Assembly (NCBI RefSeq): GCF_963676685.1
Contig: NC_092344.1
Span: forward strand, 31,620,001-31,684,000
Source: Mytilus edulis
Taxonomy: Eukaryota
DNA length: 64,000 bases
Direction of reading: 5' to 3'
Part shown: one piece after another, positions 59,501 to 64,000 of the stretch
Numbering within the stretch: position 1 is the first letter of the stretch
How the letters are laid out: each line of letters starts with the position of its first letter
Position numbers and translations under genes: made by a program
The notes under the pieces: model-generated
What the model was told of the DNA's origin: nothing
The model's input: only the letters and a program-made list of their open reading frames with translations
Database searches by the model: none

Positions 59501-62500
59501 CAGTGTTATGAATAAAATAAAACTTATGTTTGATACAACTGGTAATTGAATAACTGGTGGTATTTGCATGTTATGTTTTGTTGTTTCTATTATATTACCT
59601 GAAGGAACGATTAATTCGTCCAGTATTAAAACCAAATTGATAAGAAACCGAAATCCTCTCGTTTTTTATATCTTGCATGAACTCATGATTTACTATCTTG
59701 ATATTAAACAATTAATGTTTAACATTTTCTCAAGAAAACACTGTCACTTGCAACAACACTAGAAATATACTTTGACATACATAGCTTTTGAATTGTAGTC
59801 AAAATTACAATATAGAAAATTCTACTTCGTGCGCATGCCTTTCGTCGTATTAGTTGATATAATTATCCCTTAGACTTATGTATTATTATGTAGTGAAATG
59901 CGAAAATGTACACTTTTGCTTCAAATAAGTAAAATTGAGAATGAAAATGGGGAATGTGTCAAAGAGACAACAACCCGACCATATAAAAAACAACAGCAGA
60001 GGGTCACCAACAGGTCTTCAATGTAGCGAGAAATTCCCGCACCCGGAGGCGTCCTTCAGCTGGCCCCTAAACAAATATATACTAGTCCAGTGATAATGAA
60101 CGCCATACTAATTTCCAAATTGTACACAAGAAACTAAAATTAAAATAATACAAGACTAACAAAGGCAAGAGGCTCTGACTTGGGACAGGCGCAAAAATGC
60201 GGCGGGGTTAAACATGTTTGTGAGATCATGTACATGGTGTTAAACATTTGTTAGGTCAACTCGGTTTCTTGTGTATTATCATGTTTTATTCTATTGTATA
60301 TTTTTATTATATCTTGTAACAAGAGTTACTGCCTTAATTTATAAAAAAATCAATCCTTTTTACTATTTGTCTGACAGTTTCCTCATAACGATAAATCAAC
60401 TCATGGTGCCGCATCTTATGATTTTAAACTGTTCTTACAAATAAAGATTGTTAGTATCCCTGAAGAGCGATTTTATTTCAACTAGAATGAATTTGTTTTA
60501 AGACGGACATGTCACTTATAAGATTCCTTACTTCGCTTGCTCACTAAATGCTGTACAGCACTGAAAAGAAGTTTGAAGGTACAGTTGAACAAGCTTACGA
60601 TAACTATGATAAAAAAGATCATGAGACAAGATATAGCATAATCATTTTAATGTTTAATAAATATACTAATAGCATTGTCATTGGTAAAACAAAATAGGGT
60701 TACTATGAGATTAAAAATGTTTAACCGTAAGACAAATGCATACATTCTAAAACAATCTAATTAACCTAAATCTAAAGGCAGAATAAAAAAAAAATATCCC
60801 AGCTTTGTATCATAAAAAAGGCCAACATACAAAGGAAATTCAAGCAAACTCAAGGCCTTTCAATAAAATCATAAAGATGCTTTAGTTTGTAATTGTAATC
60901 ATATTTGATAGACTTGTTGAATGTATGTCACAGATGAGCACAAATATGTACCAATTGTCCTTTTCATTCTCTTGATTGTAACTTCATTGGGGTGAAATAT
61001 TCTCATGGGGTAAACCTAGCGGAGCTGAAACAATTCATCTAATTTGTTTAAGGTTCATGATGATCAGGTTAATTATTTCTGTTGTCTTTATTTTTGACTG
61101 ATGTTTGGCAATTAGTTTTTTGCTACCGTATTAAGCTGTTGAAATCTTTTTAAGATTTTGAAATATTCCATCATGTTTTTCCAAAAAAAGGAACGTGGAG
61201 AAAATTGAGTTTTAGAATATAATATTTAAATAACATACTTTATTTTTATCCATGAGAGTCGAAACGTATGTTAAATAATTCCAAATTTAGATTCACAAGT
61301 GTTTTGCATTTAGTATATTTTTGCAATTGAACTTAATTAAAATAATGAGATCGAGTTTTAGATATATATTTCTCAAACAGCAAACATATGAAAATTAATG
61401 GAAATCTCAATATCGCATGAATTTAAAAGGTTTATTTTTGTATTATTTCTTTCAACAATTTGCTATTTACCAGTCTCTATTAGTAGTTTATAGTTTGTGG
61501 GACTGCTACCATAGGTCCAAGTTGTAAGGTAAAAATACTTAGTAATTCATTCAAACATTTAACAGACGTCATAACGAGTTGGGTGACTGAAATGGAACAT
61601 TTGTGTCACAGATAACGATGGACATGTTCCATGTACTAATCACAATTTGGTCCAATTTTCCTCAAAAGTTACCACAGGAGCGACACACAGGGTGCCAAAT
61701 GTGCAGCAGAACCGTCTTACCGTTCTTGTACATTTGAGATCAACCTCAGCTTTTGGGAGGAATCGTGGTGCTCTGGTTTATTTTTTATGTGATTGTTGAT
61801 TGGTTTTTGGTCGTTTTGTGAGTTTTGCTACGCTGTTGTCAGTTTATTTTTGACTTGTGAGTTTGAATATCCCTTTGATAATGTCCATCATTCATATTAT
61901 GAAATGTCTTCCTTGATAACAACCAGTAGTCGGCACAAACCGATTTGAACTTTCAGTAATGTGTGAGCTGTTAATTCATGTTGATTATACAAGCATTTAT
62001 ATTTTATATTTTATATTTGTTGTTTATATTTAAATCATTTGCCATTTATCTAAATGACGATTTCATATTCTAAACGTCCAGGAGTTCAGTTAAGCGTAAT
62101 CATTACATAAAAGTATATGATCTTAAATTTTAAATTAAAAATGTAAATGAGCATATAAGTTTGTGTAACCGTTTTATACTAGTTTGATATGAAGAAGCAA
62201 TGTGAATTTAAAAATATAGATTAATACGAAAAATTTATATCTGTAACAAGATAACGGAAACTTTCTTTAATATCACAAGCTCATACAAAGGGAATGGACT
62301 GTTCTTCGTCCATATTGACTATGGTAAATTTCTTTTTTTTCAAATACCATTCAAAACTTCATATGTGAGTTGCAGCTGATATTTTATTATACATTTTGAT
62401 GTATTTGTCCTACTCTTTATTGTAACTCATGGTTATCAAATTTTATTTTTATTTTCAGTTTCGATTGCTCAAATTTTTTATTGCTCAAAATACAACAAAA

Positions 62501-63469
62501 AGAATAGAAAAAAAGGGCAGCAATAATTATTGTTCTGCCTTTAAAAAGAAAACCACGCATCAGTTATCGTCTATTTTGTACTTATATTACTTTTGGTGTT
62601 TTTGTAATACAGTTGCATGTTTCATAAAGTCTAAAAGGGATCTAAGAGATATGGAAAAATTGAACATGAGTTTTGTTTTTGTTCAATCATTAATAAAAAT
62701 AAAATCAATGAAATATAAATTAACTTTCAACAATTGTGTTAAAAAAAGGGCAGAAACATCACTAATGAATAGCAAGTCAATAATCCGTATTTTTGTGACC
62801 CTCAATTCATTAGCTTGTGATTGGTAACGTATATAATAGACATGTTCAACCATTAAAAGGAAAAGAATGTCAACATTGAAAGAGAAACAAAGATGAACCA
62901 TTTCGTAGACACAACAAAATAATGTTATACAGGTAAAAACGATGATTAACTTAATTTTTAATTTACAGTATGAGATTAAACAGAAATAGGAAGGTCCATT
63001 TGCACGATGTCTCTTTCTACTGATATCAATATTCATGTTTATATTAGGTTATGTGACCTTCGGCAGTCTTCGGATTCATCTCCATGGTCAATTAGATAAC
63101 CTCTGGACTAAAATACACAGGAAATGCTGATATATACTTTATGCATTGAAATGTTCATTTCAGACTTATTGCAATTTGAATATATGTTTAGGCATGTTAT
63201 AAATCAAAAATGAGAATTTTATTCAAATCAATGAATATGAATATGACTGCTAATACCCGTTAAATCTTTGTAAGGCAATACGTGTCCTTTCTTACTTGTA
63301 TTATTAAACCTAATGACATTAAATAGGAAGTCTTGTTTTAGTGTTTCCTAAACTGAATCTGCTTACTCTTCCGGAGCAATTGAGATCACACCCAGTTTAA
63401 GTGAGGTTTGTTTCTCAAACTTTATTGCTTTGTGTTGTGTTTTGTGTATTTTAGATTATCCATTCATAT

Positions 63470-63677
63470 AACTAAGGAATTTCTTATCCCAGGAGTAGAT
63501 AACCTTAGCCGTATTTGGCAGAACTTTTTTGGAATTTTGGGTCCTCAATGCTCTTCAACTTTGTATTTGTTTTTTTTTTATTTTAACTGTTTTGATCTGA
63601 GCGTCCCTGATGAGTCTTATGTAGACGAAACGCGCGTCTGGCGTATTAAATTATAATCCTGGTATCTTTGATAACTA
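63470..63677 (+). ncRNA. Retrozyme-like repeat with an intact-core type I hammerhead ribozyme (63601-63644)
   Basis: CTGATGA 63607-63613, stem II GTCT/AGAC, GAAA 63627-63630, palindromic minimal stem III CGCGCG, GUC cleavage triplet 63636-63638, stem I GCGTC/GGCGT. Confidence 0.85.
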
Positions 63678-64000
63678 TTATCATCAATCTTCGTGTGACC
63701 TTATTCGCGTTACCTTTAAAAACGAATCTTTATCAATGAAATGTTACGTGATCGGATGCAAGAGGATTTTTGTCTGGTATTATCTCTTGCTATTTGCCCT
63801 TAGCGCGCGGTAGTTGACCACCATATGTTTTAGGTGACGTATATTGTATGTATAAAAAATTAGATGTGATTGTCAATGAGAAAACTCTCCATAAGAGACC
63901 AAATGACACAGAATTAACAACTATAGGTCACCTTACGGCCTTCTACAATGAGCAAAGCCTATACCGCATTCTGCTATAAAAGGCCCAAAAATGACAAATG

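Noticed and set aside
62429-63036. Overlapping 132-aa and 117-aa ORFs
   Set aside because: AT-rich composition, no motifs and no supporting exon structure.

Overview
AT-rich animal genomic DNA with spliceosomal introns. The repeat families and hammerhead element suggest a bivalve, probably Mytilus-like (inference). All host genes are on the + strand. There is a tandem family of four 4-exon genes for a very small type I membrane protein of 138-145 aa. Each has a signal peptide, a ~20-25 aa ectodomain that is one Cys-closed Tyr/Ser-rich loop differing in sequence and length between copies, a GxxxGxxxG TM helix, polyQ, and a Pro/Tyr tail with two PPxY motifs. They resemble CYYR1/shisa-like proteins but are much reduced. 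Copies 1, 2 and 4 are intact, and copy 3 has an in-frame TAA in the loop. First exons and the loop exon have been locally re-duplicated. Between copies 2 and 3 is a 4-exon type II membrane protein gene with a stalk, a degenerate CCP-like module and one C-terminal kringle. The rest is dense with mobile DNA: a decayed full-length hAT with a spliced transposase, a Tc1 remnant, Penelope-like RT remnants, DIRS-like remnants, CACTA/Kolobok/Harbinger-like MITEs, a Helentron-like element, SINE-like repeats, a tRNA-derived tandem unit, and three type I hammerhead ribozyme (retrozyme-like) copies, one with an intact core. Gene models were assembled by eye from splice sites and paralog comparison; no database search was possible.
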